Positions 1-9,713 of a stretch of 64,000 bases of DNA are shown here, in pieces. Position numbers and translations under genes: made by a program. The stretch covers positions 5,228 to 69,227 of the forward strand of contig JAUYQP010000037.1 of assembly GCA_030697205.1 (NCBI GenBank), given 5' to 3'. The DNA comes from Mycobacteriales bacterium. GTDB lineage: Bacteria > Actinomycetota > Actinomycetes > Mycobacteriales > SCTD01. The first letter of the stretch is position 1, and each line of letters opens with the position of its first letter. The notes beneath the pieces were generated by a model, which was not told the DNA's origin, did not search any database, and was given only the letters and a program-made list of their open reading frames with translations.

Positions 1-203
1 GCCTCTACGTCGCGGCGCTGCGCGGCGAGCGGGTCTGGCGGCTGCGGACGAACTACGGCGCCTCGGTGGTGAGCGCCACGTCGATGTTCACCGGCACCTA
101 CGGTCGGGTGCGAGCCGTCATGCAGAACCCGAAGGACGGGTCGATGTGGCTGATGACGAGCAACAACAACGACCGGGTGCTGCGCTTCACCAGCTTCCCC
201 TAG
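1..203 (+). CDS. C-terminal fragment of a PQQ-dependent sugar dehydrogenase-like beta-propeller protein (5' end outside window)
   Basis: Frame open from the window edge to TAG 201-203. Translation LYVAALRGERVWRL...GRVRAVMQNPKDGSMWLMTSNNNDRVLRF resembles the last blade of soluble glucose/sorbosone dehydrogenases. It is absent from the ORF track because it has no start in the window. Confidence 0.5.
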   Translation, partial: LYVAALRGERVWRLRTNYGASVVSATSMFTGTYGRVRAVMQNPKDGSMWLMTSNNNDRVLRFTSFP

Positions 204-214
204 CGTCTCGCGGC

Positions 215-820
215 ATGGAGCTGATCCTCGTCCGCCATGCCCTGCCCGTCCGCGTCGACGCGACCCACGACGGCTCCCCTGCCGACCCCGGGCTGTCGGC
301 CCGCGGGATCGAGCAGGCGGAGCGGCTGGTCGGTGCGCTCGCCCACCACGACGTCGACGCCGTCTACACCTCCGCGGCCCGCCGCGCGGTCGAGACCGCC
401 GCACCGCTCGCGGCCGCCCTCGGAATCGCTCCGCTCGTCGAGCCGGGGCTCGCGGAGTTCGACGCCGGCCACTCCTCCTACGTGCCCGTCGAGGAGCTGC
501 GGGCCGCCGGCGACCCGCGTTGGGAAATGCTGCTGAAGGGCGACCTCTACGTCGCGGGCGTCGACCCTGACGACTTCCGGGCGACGGTCGTCGCGGCCGT
601 CGAGCGCATCGCCGCCGCGCACCCTGGAGGCCGGGCTGTGCTGGTCATGCACGCCGGCTCCATCAACGCCTGGGGCGGCCACGTCCTCGGTCAGTCGCGC
701 CCGCTGTGGTTCGGCCCGGCGTACTGCTCGGTGTCGCGCTTCGCCGCCGGCCGCGACGGCCGGCGCTCGGTGGTGTCTCTCAACGAGATCGGCCACGCGC
801 ACGACCTGCTACACCGGTGA
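215..820 (+). CDS. histidine phosphatase (phosphoglycerate mutase-like) family protein
   Basis: MELILVRHALP... carries the RHG-type motif (LVRHA), followed by LSARG and MHAGSI. ATG 215 lies 11 nt after the upstream stop. The track start at 146 (GTG) is inside the upstream gene. Confidence 0.85.
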   Translation: MELILVRHALPVRVDATHDGSPADPGLSARGIEQAERLVGALAHHDVDAVYTSAARRAVETAAPLAAALGIAPLVEPGLAEFDAGHSSYVPVEELRAAGDPRWEMLLKGDLYVAGVDPDDFRATVVAAVERIAAAHPGGRAVLVMHAGSINAWGGHVLGQSRPLWFGPAYCSVSRFAAGRDGRRSVVSLNEIGHAHDLLHR

Positions 821-950
821 ACCCACGTTGCCCTGCGCGGCCGGGTTCTTCCGATCCGATCGGCTTCCAGTCTGGGCACGCCGTGTCGCGGACCGCGCCC
901 CGCGACGCCTGCCCGCTCGGCGCGAGGTGGCGGACTGGAAGCAGTGCGGA

Positions 951-1718
951 TCAGTCTGAGCCGGTCGGGGGCGCGACGTCGCGGCTGAGGATGGGCAGGA
1001 CCGCGCGGTCCCGGAAGCCGAGCCGCTCGTAGAGGTGCCGCGGCCAGTCGTCGACGTCGGCCACGAGCAGCACCGTCGTCGCCCCCGCTGCCCGGGCCCG
1101 GGCGACACCGTCGAGGACGAGGGCGGTCGCGAGCCCACGGCCTCGGTGCGTCTCGTCGGTCATGACCTCCTCGACCTGCGCGATGCCGTCGTGGACGAAG
1201 ATGTCCGCCCGGGCCACGACGCGCCCGTCCGCGACGACGCCGAGGAAGGTCGTCTGGGCAACGGCCGTCGCCGTGACCGCGCGCCCACCGAGCTGCTGCC
1301 AGACCTCGGGGTCCGCGTCCGGCAGCTCCGCGCGCCAGCCGTCGACCGCCGCGGCCACCCGCTGCCCGAGGTCGAGCTCCACGACGACCGCGTCACCACC
1401 GTCGCGGGCGGGTTGGGCCGCGAGGGTCATGAGCAGGGTGTCCTCGCGGGTGTAGCCGGCCGCCTCGAGCCCCGCCACGAGGGCCGCCGAGTCTGAGCGC
1501 AGCTCGACCCTGCGGTGGGCCAGTCCCGCCAGGTGCTCCTCGGCCAGGTCAGCGAGCAGCGCACCGTCGTCACCCGCGAGCACCGACAGCTTGTTGTGGT
1601 CGTGCGCCGCCCAGAACGTGTCGTGGCGCAGCGCCAGACCGCCCGCGATCTCGACCCGGCTCGACGCCCGCCTGGCGTCGAGATCGTGCAGCCAGCGGGC
1701 CTCGGCCGACACCTCCAC
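951..1718 (-). CDS. GNAT family N-acetyltransferase
   Basis: The C-terminal half has the acetyl-CoA motif (HRGRGLATALV...AGATTVLLVAD...LYERLGF). I place the start at GTG 1718, 13 nt after the stop of the upstream gene. The 405-aa track ORF is an artefactual fusion. Confidence 0.8.
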   Translation of the reverse strand: MEVSAEARWLHDLDARRASSRVEIAGGLALRHDTFWAAHDHNKLSVLAGDDGALLADLAEEHLAGLAHRRVELRSDSAALVAGLEAAGYTREDTLLMTLAAQPARDGGDAVVVELDLGQRVAAAVDGWRAELPDADPEVWQQLGGRAVTATAVAQTTFLGVVADGRVVARADIFVHDGIAQVEEVMTDETHRGRGLATALVLDGVARARAAGATTVLLVADVDDWPRHLYERLGFRDRAVLPILSRDVAPPTGSD

Positions 1719-1731
1719 CGGGCGAGCCTGC

Positions 1732-2151
1732 TCAGGCGAAGACGCGGCGGGTGCCGGGGACGCCGAAGGGGTCCTCGAGCACGGGTCCTGGGACGTAGGG
1801 CACCAGCACGGTGAGGGCGTCGCCCTCGCGCGGCTCCAGGTCGAGCCGGATCGCGTCACTGTCGCGGTCGGCCAGCCGGACGTCGCTGCACAGCACGGTC
1901 GCCCGCAGGCCCTCACCCTCGCGGAGCGCGGCCACGAGCAGGTCGAGGACCTCCTCGGCGGCCGGGTGGTCACCGGTCGGCGTGATCTCCGGCGCGACGA
2001 GCTCACCGCTCGCGTCGACGGCGATCGCGAAGGGGTAGAACTCGCCGTTGGTCGACAGCAGCCGCGCCGCGGCCTCGATGGCAGCGCCGAGCAGCAGGTC
2101 GAGGTCGTCCGGCGGCGTGTCAGCGGCGGGCAGGTCGGTGGGCGACGGCAT
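1732..2151 (-). CDS. hypothetical protein (139 aa)
   Basis: The composition is coding-like and the ORF is tightly packed upstream of the GNAT gene. I do not recognise a family. Confidence 0.55.
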   Translation of the reverse strand: MPSPTDLPAADTPPDDLDLLLGAAIEAAARLLSTNGEFYPFAIAVDASGELVAPEITPTGDHPAAEEVLDLLVAALREGEGLRATVLCSDVRLADRDSDAIRLDLEPREGDALTVLVPYVPGPVLEDPFGVPGTRRVFA

Positions 2152-2235
2152 GCCGCAGAGCCTGCCACGCTCGCCGGGACTGGGACGCCCGGGTCAGCCG
2201 GGAAAGACCTGACCTGGGTCGAGCGTGGGTCCGGG

Positions 2236-2793
2236 TCAGCCGACGAAGACCTGGCCGAGGTCCAGCTCGACCGCGAACGGCTCGGTGAGGCGGACCACGC
2301 CGGTCTCGCCCACGTGGTGGGTCTCGACGTAGGTGCCGTCCACGAGCCGGAGCACCGTCAGGGTGCGGTGCTCGGGGTGCAGCAGGAGGTAGGTCCCGAC
2401 ACCGGTGCGCTCGTAGATCTCGCGCTTCTCCCCGAGGTCGCGGCGCTGGGTGCCCGGGGACTGCACCTCGACCACGAGCAGCGGTGGGTGGACGGTCCCC
2501 GCCCGCTCGACCCGGTCGCGGCTCACGACCGTGATGTCGGCCATCGTGTGGTTGCGGGTGTTGCCGCGCAAGCCGTCGTAGAAGTACTTGTAGCCCGAGC
2601 CCAGCACGGCGATGCCGGGCGGGCTGGCCAGCCGGAGCAGCACCAGCAGGCCAGCAGCGAAGTCCTCGTGGTCGAAGATCGGCGGGGCGTTCACGACGAG
2701 CGACCCGTCGAGGATCTCGTAGCGCAGCGACAGCTCCTCGAGCAGCACGAGCAGCTCCGCCGGGAGCCCGGTGTCACGGGCGACCGTGGTCAT
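2236..2793 (-). CDS. Uma2 (DUF820) family endonuclease
   Basis: VVEVQSPGT..RDLGEKREIYERTGVGTYLLL matches the PD-(D/E)xK core typical of Uma2. Start taken at ATG 2793 (MTTVARD). Confidence 0.8.
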   Translation of the reverse strand: MTTVARDTGLPAELLVLLEELSLRYEILDGSLVVNAPPIFDHEDFAAGLLVLLRLASPPGIAVLGSGYKYFYDGLRGNTRNHTMADITVVSRDRVERAGTVHPPLLVVEVQSPGTQRRDLGEKREIYERTGVGTYLLLHPEHRTLTVLRLVDGTYVETHHVGETGVVRLTEPFAVELDLGQVFVG

Positions 2794-2895
2794 GTCCAGC
2801 TCTTCCCATGCCTCAAGCACATCACGATCCTGCGACCGCAACGGCCGGCTGTCCACAGCCCCTGTGCGCGGGACGACGAGGGCTTTCCGGCGTAC

Positions 2896-4719
2896 TCAGC
2901 TCTTGGGCTTCTCCTCGCCGGTGGAGAGCGCGGCGATGAACGCCTCCTGGGGGACCTCGACGCGGCCGACCATCTTCATCCGCTTCTTGCCCTCCTTCTG
3001 CTTCTCCAGCAGCTTGCGCTTGCGGGTGATGTCACCGCCGTAGCACTTGGCGAGGACGTCCTTGCGGATCGCGCGGATGTTCTCGCGGGCGATGACGCGG
3101 GCGCCGATGGCGGCCTGGATCGGGACCTCGAAGTTCTGCCGCGGGATGAGCTCGCGCAGCTTCGAGGTCATCGAGGTGCCGTAGGCGAAGGCCTTGTCCT
3201 TGTGGACGATCGCGCTGAAGGCGTCGACCGGCTCGCCCTGCAGCAGGATGTCGACCTTGACGAGGTCGGAGGCCTGCTCGCCGGAGAGCTCGTAGTCGAG
3301 CGAGGCGTAGCCCTTGGTGCGCGACTTCAGCTGGTCGAAGAAGTCGAAGATGATCTCGCCCATCGGCAGCAGGTAGCGCAGCTCGACGCGGTCCTCCGAG
3401 AGGTACTCCATGCCCTGCAGGACACCGCGGCGGCCCTGGCACAGCTCCATCACGGTGCCGACGTAGTCGCTCGGGAGCAGCACCATCGCCTTGGCGACGG
3501 GCTCGAGGATCTCCGCGATCTTGCCGGTGTTGGGCCAGTCGCTCGGGTTGGTGACGACGACCTCCTCGCCGCTCTCGAGGATCACGCGGTAGACGACGTT
3601 GGGGGCGGTCGAGATGAGCGCGAGCCCGGCCTCGCGCTCGAGCCGCTCGCGCACGATCTCGAGGTGCAGCAGGCCGAGGAAGCCGACGCGGAAGCCGAAG
3701 CCGAGGGCGAGCGAGGTCTCCGGCTCGTAGGTGAGGGCGGCGTCGTTGAGGCGCAGCTTGTCGAGGGCCTCGCGCAGCGCGGGGTACTCGCTGCCCTCGA
3801 CCGGGTAGAGGCCGGAGAAGACCATCGGCTTGGGGTCGCGGTAGCCGCCGAGCGACTCGGTCGCGCTGTTGCGGACCGTGGTGAGGGTGTCGCCGACGCG
3901 GGCCTGGCGGACGTTCTTCACGCCCGGGATGACGTAGCCGACCTCGCCGGCGGACAAGAAGTCGGTCGCCTTCATCTCCGGCGAGACCACACCGACCTCG
4001 AGGATCTCGTGGGCGTTCTGCGACGACATCATGAGGCCGCGGTCCTTGGTGGACAGCTGGCCGTCGACGACGCGGACGTAGGTGATGACGCCGCGGTAGG
4101 AGTCGTAGACCGAGTCGAAGATCATCGCCCTGGCCGGCGCGTCGAGCGAGCCCATCGGCGGCGGGACGTCGCGCACGATCGCGTTGAGGACGTCGGGCAC
4201 GCCTTGGCCGGTCTTCGCGCTGATGCGCAGCACGTCATCGGGCTCGCAGCCGATGATCTTGGCGATCTCCTCGGCGTACTTGTCGGGCTGCGCGGCCGGC
4301 AGGTCGATCTTGTTGAGCACCGGGATGATGTGCAGGTCGTTCTCGAGCGCGAGGTAGAGGTTGGCCAGCGTCTGCGCCTCGATGCCCTGCGCGGCGTCGA
4401 CCAGCAGCAGGGTGCCCTCGCACGCGGCGAGCGACCGGGAGACCTCGTAGGTGAAGTCGACGTGGCCCGGGGTGTCGATCATGTGCAGGACGTAGTCCTT
4501 GCCGTCGTCGGCGGTCCACGGCAGCCGGACGTTCTGCGCCTTGATGGTGATGCCGCGCTCGCGCTCGATGTCCATCTTGTCGAGGTACTGCGCCCGCATC
4601 TGCCGCGCGTCGACCACGCCGGTCACCTCGAGCATCCGGTCCGCCAGCGTCGACTTGCCGTGGTCGATGTGGGCGATGATGCAGAAGTTGCGGATGCTGA
4701 GCTGGTCGGTCGTGGGCAC
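2896..4719 (-). CDS. lepA: elongation factor 4
   Basis: [28 protein letters not shown] and NKIDL GTPase motifs, full-length 607 aa, and the characteristic LepA C-terminus. Confidence 0.98.
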   Translation of the reverse strand: MPTTDQLSIRNFCIIAHIDHGKSTLADRMLEVTGVVDARQMRAQYLDKMDIERERGITIKAQNVRLPWTADDGKDYVLHMIDTPGHVDFTYEVSRSLAACEGTLLLVDAAQGIEAQTLANLYLALENDLHIIPVLNKIDLPAAQPDKYAEEIAKIIGCEPDDVLRISAKTGQGVPDVLNAIVRDVPPPMGSLDAPARAMIFDSVYDSYRGVITYVRVVDGQLSTKDRGLMMSSQNAHEILEVGVVSPEMKATDFLSAGEVGYVIPGVKNVRQARVGDTLTTVRNSATESLGGYRDPKPMVFSGLYPVEGSEYPALREALDKLRLNDAALTYEPETSLALGFGFRVGFLGLLHLEIVRERLEREAGLALISTAPNVVYRVILESGEEVVVTNPSDWPNTGKIAEILEPVAKAMVLLPSDYVGTVMELCQGRRGVLQGMEYLSEDRVELRYLLPMGEIIFDFFDQLKSRTKGYASLDYELSGEQASDLVKVDILLQGEPVDAFSAIVHKDKAFAYGTSMTSKLRELIPRQNFEVPIQAAIGARVIARENIRAIRKDVLAKCYGGDITRKRKLLEKQKEGKKRMKMVGRVEVPQEAFIAALSTGEEKPKS

Positions 4720-4734
4720 GCCCCATCCTAAGGA

Positions 4735-5580
4735 CTACGCGAGCCGGGTCACCTCGACGGCGACCGCGATGGACTGCGACCCCCCGCCGGAGTAGATGCC
4801 CTTGACCGGCGTGACGTCGCCGTAGTCGCGCCCGTGGGCCACCACGACGTGCCGCTCGCCCGCCGGGATGCCGTTGGTCGGGTCGTAGCCCCACCAGCTG
4901 CCGAGGTGCGCCTCGACCCAGGCGTGGCTCTCGCCCGGGACCGTCACACCGACCGGGGCGTCCTTCTTCGGGGCGAGGTATCCCGACACGTAGCGAGCCG
5001 GGACGCCGACGCTGCGCAGCATCGACAGCGTGACGTGGGCGATGTCCTGGCAGACGCCCTGGCCGAGCCGCCACGCCTCGTGCGCGTTGGTGCGCACCCC
5101 CGTGGAGCCGGGCACGTAGGCGACCCGCTGGCGCACCAGCGCCGCGATCTCGAGGACAGCGCCGTACGGCGTGGTCTGCGCGGCGATCGCCCGCGCGAGC
5201 TCGACCATCTCGTCCTCGGGCGCGGTGCGGTCGGTGACCCCGAGCAGCTCGACGTGCTTGTCGCGCAGGTCGCGGTCGGCGAGGTCCTCCCAGGTGACGA
5301 CCCCGTCCGGCACCGGGACCTCTGCGGAGGTGTCGACGACCGACGTCGCGACGACCTCGAGCTGGGAGTGCGGGACGTGGAGGTCGAAGACCGTGACCTG
5401 GGTGCCCCAGTAGTCCCAGTAGGTCTGCTGGCGGGTCGGCGGCTCGGTGACCACGCGGGCGTCCATGGCGACCTGCGACGGGTTGGTGACCGGCACGAGG
5501 CGGGCCTCGTTGTAGGACGCGGTCACCTCGGTGTCGTAGGTGTAGGTCGTCGTGTGGCGGATCCCGAGTCGCCAGCTCAT
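4735..5580 (-). CDS. transglutaminase-like family protein
   Basis: N-terminal bacterial transglutaminase-like domain (IRHTTTYTYD) and catalytic core GVCQD...SHAWVE...DPTN (Cys-His-Asp). Confidence 0.9.
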   Translation of the reverse strand: MSWRLGIRHTTTYTYDTEVTASYNEARLVPVTNPSQVAMDARVVTEPPTRQQTYWDYWGTQVTVFDLHVPHSQLEVVATSVVDTSAEVPVPDGVVTWEDLADRDLRDKHVELLGVTDRTAPEDEMVELARAIAAQTTPYGAVLEIAALVRQRVAYVPGSTGVRTNAHEAWRLGQGVCQDIAHVTLSMLRSVGVPARYVSGYLAPKKDAPVGVTVPGESHAWVEAHLGSWWGYDPTNGIPAGERHVVVAHGRDYGDVTPVKGIYSGGGSQSIAVAVEVTRLA

Positions 5581-5602
5581 GCAGGCCCCCTCATGCCGTC
5601 AC

Positions 5603-6538
5603 TCATGCAATGTCCGCCGCCCAGCTGATGGCGCCGTTGTGGTGGAAGTAGCGGCGGCTGACCGCGTCGCCCACGGCGTGGCAGGTCTGCTGCAGCGAGT
5701 CGAGCAGGTCGGGCAGCTGGTCGACGAGGTCGCTCGTGACCCGGAACTCGAGGTCGGTGCGGGCGCGTCCGAGCAACCGGCGCGCCTCGTCCTCGTAACC
5801 GCTGCGGCCGGCGCTCGGGTCGAGCTCGGTGAGGCACGCCTCGGCCTGCGCGAGCGCGGCGTAGACCGAGCGCGGGAAGAGCCGGTCGAGCACGAGGAAC
5901 TCCACGACCTTCTCCGCCTCGACCGCGGAGCGGTAGGTCCGCAGGTAGGCCTCGTGGGCGGAGCAGGACTTCAGCAGCCCCACCCAGCCGCCACTGCTGC
6001 CGGCCCGGCCGGCCCGCGCCCACAGCATCCGGGCGGTCATGTCGACCCGCTCCAGGGAGCGGCCGAGCACCAGGAAGCGCCAGCCGTCGTCGCGCGGCAT
6101 CGTGCCGTCGAGCAGTCCGCCGAAGACCGCGGCCCGCTCGCGGACGTAGCGGAAGAAGCCGTGCGGCCCGTGCCGGCTCGCCGCCGCCTCCTGCGCCGCG
6201 AGCGAGTGGTAGGTCGCGTTGAGGCACTCCCACAGCTCGCTCGACAGCGCCTCGCGCACACCGCGGGAGTTCTCACGGGCAGCGGCGAGCGCGCCGACGA
6301 TGGAGGACGTGTCACCGCGCCGGAACGCCAGCCGCTCCGTCGTACGCCTGGCGTCCACCACTCCCTCGGGCAGGTCGACCCCCATGACCGACAGGACGTC
6401 GCGGCAGGCGGCCGCCTCGTCGACCCAGGGGTCCTCGAGCAGCGCGTGGACGTGGACGTCGAGCAGGCGCGAGGTGTCCTCGGCGCGCTCGACGTAGCGC
6501 CCGGTCCAGTAGAGCGACTCGGCGACACGGCTCAGCAC
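5603..6538 (-). CDS. alpha-E domain-containing protein (DUF403)
   Basis: VLSRVAESLYWTGRYVERAED is the canonical alpha-E N-terminus. GTG 6538 lies 10 nt after the stop of the ATP-grasp gene. Confidence 0.9.
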   Translation of the reverse strand: MLSRVAESLYWTGRYVERAEDTSRLLDVHVHALLEDPWVDEAAACRDVLSVMGVDLPEGVVDARRTTERLAFRRGDTSSIVGALAAARENSRGVREALSSELWECLNATYHSLAAQEAAASRHGPHGFFRYVRERAAVFGGLLDGTMPRDDGWRFLVLGRSLERVDMTARMLWARAGRAGSSGGWVGLLKSCSAHEAYLRTYRSAVEAEKVVEFLVLDRLFPRSVYAALAQAEACLTELDPSAGRSGYEDEARRLLGRARTDLEFRVTSDLVDQLPDLLDSLQQTCHAVGDAVSRRYFHHNGAISWAADIA

Positions 6539-6548
6539 GGGGACCCCT

Positions 6549-8135
6549 TCACTGCTGCTGCTGGTCCTGGTAGGGCCCGCGGTCGAGCACGTGGGCACCG
6601 GCGTCGGGCGCGTGCTCGAGCAGCGGCGCGGTCTGCTCGCCCTCGGCGACGCCCTCCTCGCCCGCGAGCACCCAGGTGTCCTTGGAGCCGCCGCCCTGGC
6701 TGGAGTTGACGACGAGCGAGCCGGCGGGCAGGGCGACCCGGGTCAGGCCACCGGGCAGGACCCACACGTCCTCGCCATCGTTGACGGCGAAGGGCCGCAG
6801 GTCGACGTGGCGCGGGACCAGCCGGTCGCCGACCTGCGTCGGACTGGTCGACAGGCGTACGACGCGCTGCGCGATCCAGCCGCGCGGGTCACGCGTCACC
6901 GTGGCGCGCAGGGTCGCGAGCTCCTCGTCGGTGGCCTGCGGCCCGATGACGAGGCCCTTCCCGCCGGAGCCGTCCACCGGCTTGAGGACGAGCTCGTCGA
7001 GGCGGTCCACGACGTACTCCAGGACCCCCTCGTCCTCGAGGCGGTGGGTCGGCACGTTGTCGAGGATCGGCTCCTCACCGAGGTAGTAGCGGACCAGGTC
7101 GGGGACGTAGGTGTAGAGCAGCTTGTCGTCGGCGACGCCGTTGCCGATCGCGTTGGCGAGCGTCACGCGACCGCGGCGCGCGGCGTTGACGATGCCGGGG
7201 CAGCCGACGAGGGAGTCCGGACGGAAGTGCAGCGGGTCGAGGTACTCGTCGTCGATGCGGCGGTAGACGACGTCGACGCGCTGCTCCCCCGCGGTCGTCC
7301 GCATCCAGACCGTGCCGTCGCGGCAGACCAGGTCGCGGCCCTCGACGAGCTCGACGCCCATCATCCGGGCGAGCAGCGAGTGCTCGAAGTAGGCGCTGTT
7401 GTAGACGCCGGGGGTGAGCACGACGACGGTCGGGGCGTCGACGCCCTCGGGGGCGGCAGCGCGCAGGGCGTGCAGCAGCATCGCGGGGTAGTCGCTGACG
7501 GGCCGGACCCGGTGGGTCGTGAAGAGCTCGGGGAAGACCCGGGCCATCGCGCGGCGGTTCTCGATGACGTAGCTGACACCGCTCGGGGTGCGCAGGTTGT
7601 CCTCGAGGACCCGGAAGTGGCCCTCCTCGTCGCGGATGAGGTCGATACCGGAGACGTGGACGCGCACGCCGTTGGCCGGCTCGATGCCGTAAGCCGCGCG
7701 GCAGTGCGCGCTGCTGCTGGTGACCACCGACCGCGGCACGATGCGGTCGCGCAGCACCTGCTGCGGGCCGTAGACGTCGGCGAGGAACATCTCGAGGGTC
7801 CGCACCCGCTGGCGCACGCCCCGCTCGACGACCTCCCACTCCTGCGCGTCGACGACGCGCGGCACGAGGTCGAGCGGGAACGGCCGCTCCTCCCCCGACA
7901 GGCTGAAGGTGACGCCCTGGTCGCGGAACGCTCGGGCGAGCGCGCTCGACTTCCCGTCGAGCTCGTCGGCGGACAGCTCCTGCAGCGCCTCGTGCAGCGC
8001 CTGGCTCGGCGGGTGCGGCACGCCGTCGGCCGCGAAGACCTCGTCGTAGGCGCTCGGCAGCCCCCCACCCGCGGCGGCCTGGTCCCAGTAGCCGTCGAAG
8101 AGGTCACCCACCGGGCCACCGTAGGAGCGGCGCAT
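6549..8135 (-). CDS. circularly permuted type 2 ATP-grasp protein (DUF404/DUF407)
   Basis: 528 aa, recognised by family recall and by its conserved position upstream of the alpha-E and transglutaminase genes. Confidence 0.9.
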   Translation of the reverse strand: MRRSYGGPVGDLFDGYWDQAAAGGGLPSAYDEVFAADGVPHPPSQALHEALQELSADELDGKSSALARAFRDQGVTFSLSGEERPFPLDLVPRVVDAQEWEVVERGVRQRVRTLEMFLADVYGPQQVLRDRIVPRSVVTSSSAHCRAAYGIEPANGVRVHVSGIDLIRDEEGHFRVLEDNLRTPSGVSYVIENRRAMARVFPELFTTHRVRPVSDYPAMLLHALRAAAPEGVDAPTVVVLTPGVYNSAYFEHSLLARMMGVELVEGRDLVCRDGTVWMRTTAGEQRVDVVYRRIDDEYLDPLHFRPDSLVGCPGIVNAARRGRVTLANAIGNGVADDKLLYTYVPDLVRYYLGEEPILDNVPTHRLEDEGVLEYVVDRLDELVLKPVDGSGGKGLVIGPQATDEELATLRATVTRDPRGWIAQRVVRLSTSPTQVGDRLVPRHVDLRPFAVNDGEDVWVLPGGLTRVALPAGSLVVNSSQGGGSKDTWVLAGEEGVAEGEQTAPLLEHAPDAGAHVLDRGPYQDQQQQ

Positions 8136-8246
8136 GTCGGGAGTGTTGCACCACTGTGAACTGGGTCACGAGATGATCACCATCGAAGCGGCGGGTCGGC
8201 CTTCGTCAAGGCAGGCTCCGCCGAGGTCAACGCGCTGACACCGCAG

Positions 8247-8903
8247 ATGCACCGCCGCGAGGCCGCCCTCACGCCCCTGCTGCCGCCGGAGCTCGGCTGC
8301 GCCCGGCTGCTCGGCGTCGTCGACGAGGCGCCGTGGTTCGTCCTGGTCCTCCGCGTGGTCAAGGGGCGGGCGCCGCGGCCGCCGTGGACCGACCCCGAGC
8401 TCGACGCCGCGCTCGACCTGCTCACCCGGCTGCGCGGCGTCCAGGCCCCGCCGGGGCTGCCCGCTGCCGAGGAGCAGCTCGCCGACGACCTCGACCGGTG
8501 GCCGCTGCTGGTCGACGACGCCCGGCTCCCCGCGTGGGAGCAGCGCCACGCGGCCGGCCTGGCCGACCTGGAGTCCGGCTGGCGGGAGGCTGTCGCGGGC
8601 GACCGCCTGCTCCACCTCGACGTCCGGGCCGACAACCTGCTCGTCGGCCCCGACGGCAGCGCGGTCCTCGTCGACTGGCCGAGCGCCGCGGCCGGCGACC
8701 CCGTGCTCGACCTGCTCTCGTTCGCGCCGTCGGTCGCCCTCGACGGCGGGCCGCTCCCCGCAGCGCTGCTCACCCGCGCCGGGGTGCCCGTCGACGAGCG
8801 GGTGCCGGTGCTCGCCGCGGCGCTCACCGGGCTGTTCCGCTGGCGCTCCTTGCAGCCGCCTCCCCCGGGCATGCCGTCGGTGCGGGCGTTCCAGGCGGCC
8901 TAG
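8247..8903 (+). CDS. aminoglycoside/choline-kinase-like phosphotransferase, apparently N-terminally truncated
   Basis: LLHLDVRADNLLV..VLVDW matches the APH catalytic loop. Similarity (GGSAFVK) seems to continue upstream of the first start, back to a TGA at 8157. Confidence 0.55.
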   Translation: MHRREAALTPLLPPELGCARLLGVVDEAPWFVLVLRVVKGRAPRPPWTDPELDAALDLLTRLRGVQAPPGLPAAEEQLADDLDRWPLLVDDARLPAWEQRHAAGLADLESGWREAVAGDRLLHLDVRADNLLVGPDGSAVLVDWPSAAAGDPVLDLLSFAPSVALDGGPLPAALLTRAGVPVDERVPVLAAALTGLFRWRSLQPPPPGMPSVRAFQAA

Positions 8904-9058
8904 GCCGACGTCCTGGCAGACTGGCTCCCGGCGCTGACGGGCTGGTCGTGACGAGGCTCTCGCTACCCGGCGAGGCACTGTCCTGCTAACCTCTCACGAC
9001 CGCGTGCTGCGCGAACGCTGCCGCATGCCCACCCCGATCGACGAGGACTGCTCCAACC

Positions 9059-9328
9059 GTGGCCAACATCAAGTCGCAGATCAAGCGGATCAAGACCAAC
9101 GAGAAGGCGCGCCTGCGCAACAAGTCGGTCAAGAGCTCGCTCAAGACCGCCGTGCGCAAGTTCCGCGAGGCTGCGGACTCCGGCGACGTCGCCGCAGCGA
9201 CCACGCTGGCCCAGAGCGCCAACCGCGCCCTCGACAAGGCCGCCAGCAAGGGCGTCATCCACGCCAACCAGGCCGCCAACCGCAAGTCGGCGATCTCGAA
9301 GAAGGTCAGCGCCCTCTCCGGCAGCTAG
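9059..9328 (+). CDS. rpsT: 30S ribosomal protein S20
   Basis: (V)[22 protein letters not shown] is the canonical S20 N-terminus. GTG start. Confidence 0.97.
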   Translation: MANIKSQIKRIKTNEKARLRNKSVKSSLKTAVRKFREAADSGDVAAATTLAQSANRALDKAASKGVIHANQAANRKSAISKKVSALSGS

Positions 9329-9341
9329 CCCCCCGCCTCCA

Positions 9342-9375
9342 GACGGCGTCGCTCCCCTCGGGGAGCGGCGCCGTC
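9342..9375. terminator. GC-rich hairpin between convergent rpsT and the small membrane-protein gene
   Basis: GACGGCGTCGCTCCCC / GGGGAGCGGCGCCGTC arms with one mismatch. There is no U-tract, so this would be an I-shaped actinobacterial type terminator. Confidence 0.45.
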
Positions 9376-9392
9376 GGCGTTCCCAGGCCCGG

Positions 9393-9713
9393 TCAGGTGT
9401 TGTCGGCGGGCGGCTGCAGGACGCCGGCGACGACGTCATGGGCCTTGACGATCGCGGCGACCGCGACCGGCAGCGCGACCAGCGTCCAGAGCGACGCGAC
9501 GTCGGCGAGGCACAGCAGCGCGGCCACCCCGAAGGCACCCTCGCCGAGCGCGGCGCGCTGCCAGGCGTTGGGGTGGACGTTCTTGAGACGCAGCAGCCTC
9601 GGGTAGAGCGGCCGCTTCTCCGGGCGCGCGACCACCTGCGCGACGTCCTGCCCCGACGCCTGCTCGGACTCCTGACCAGGCTCCTGCTCGGTCGACGCCA
9701 CCGTCACCGTCAC
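9393..9713 (-). CDS. small membrane protein (106 aa)
   Basis: Two hydrophobic helices (FGVAALLCLADVASLWTLVALPVAVAAIV). GTG 9713 overlaps the holA stop (GTGA). Confidence 0.5.
   Translation of the reverse strand: MTVTVASTEQEPGQESEQASGQDVAQVVARPEKRPLYPRLLRLKNVHPNAWQRAALGEGAFGVAALLCLADVASLWTLVALPVAVAAIVKAHDVVAGVLQPPADNT

Noticed and set aside
951-2151. GNAT toxin / antitoxin pair
   Set aside because: The GNAT protein is about 256 aa with an extra N-terminal domain. The upstream 139-aa protein shows no RHH or DUF1778-like antitoxin features. The sizes and order do not fit TacT/AtaT-type modules.
951-2168. 405-aa ORF treated as a single gene
   Set aside because: Only the C-terminal 256 aa look like a GNAT protein. 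The N-terminal part overlaps the better-supported 1732-2151 ORF in another frame.
1591-4731. 1046-aa ORF on the + strand
   Set aside because: It is antisense to lepA and other well-supported minus-strand genes. It has Arg/Ala/Gly/Asp-rich low-information composition typical of off-frame ORFs in high-GC DNA, and no recognisable motifs.
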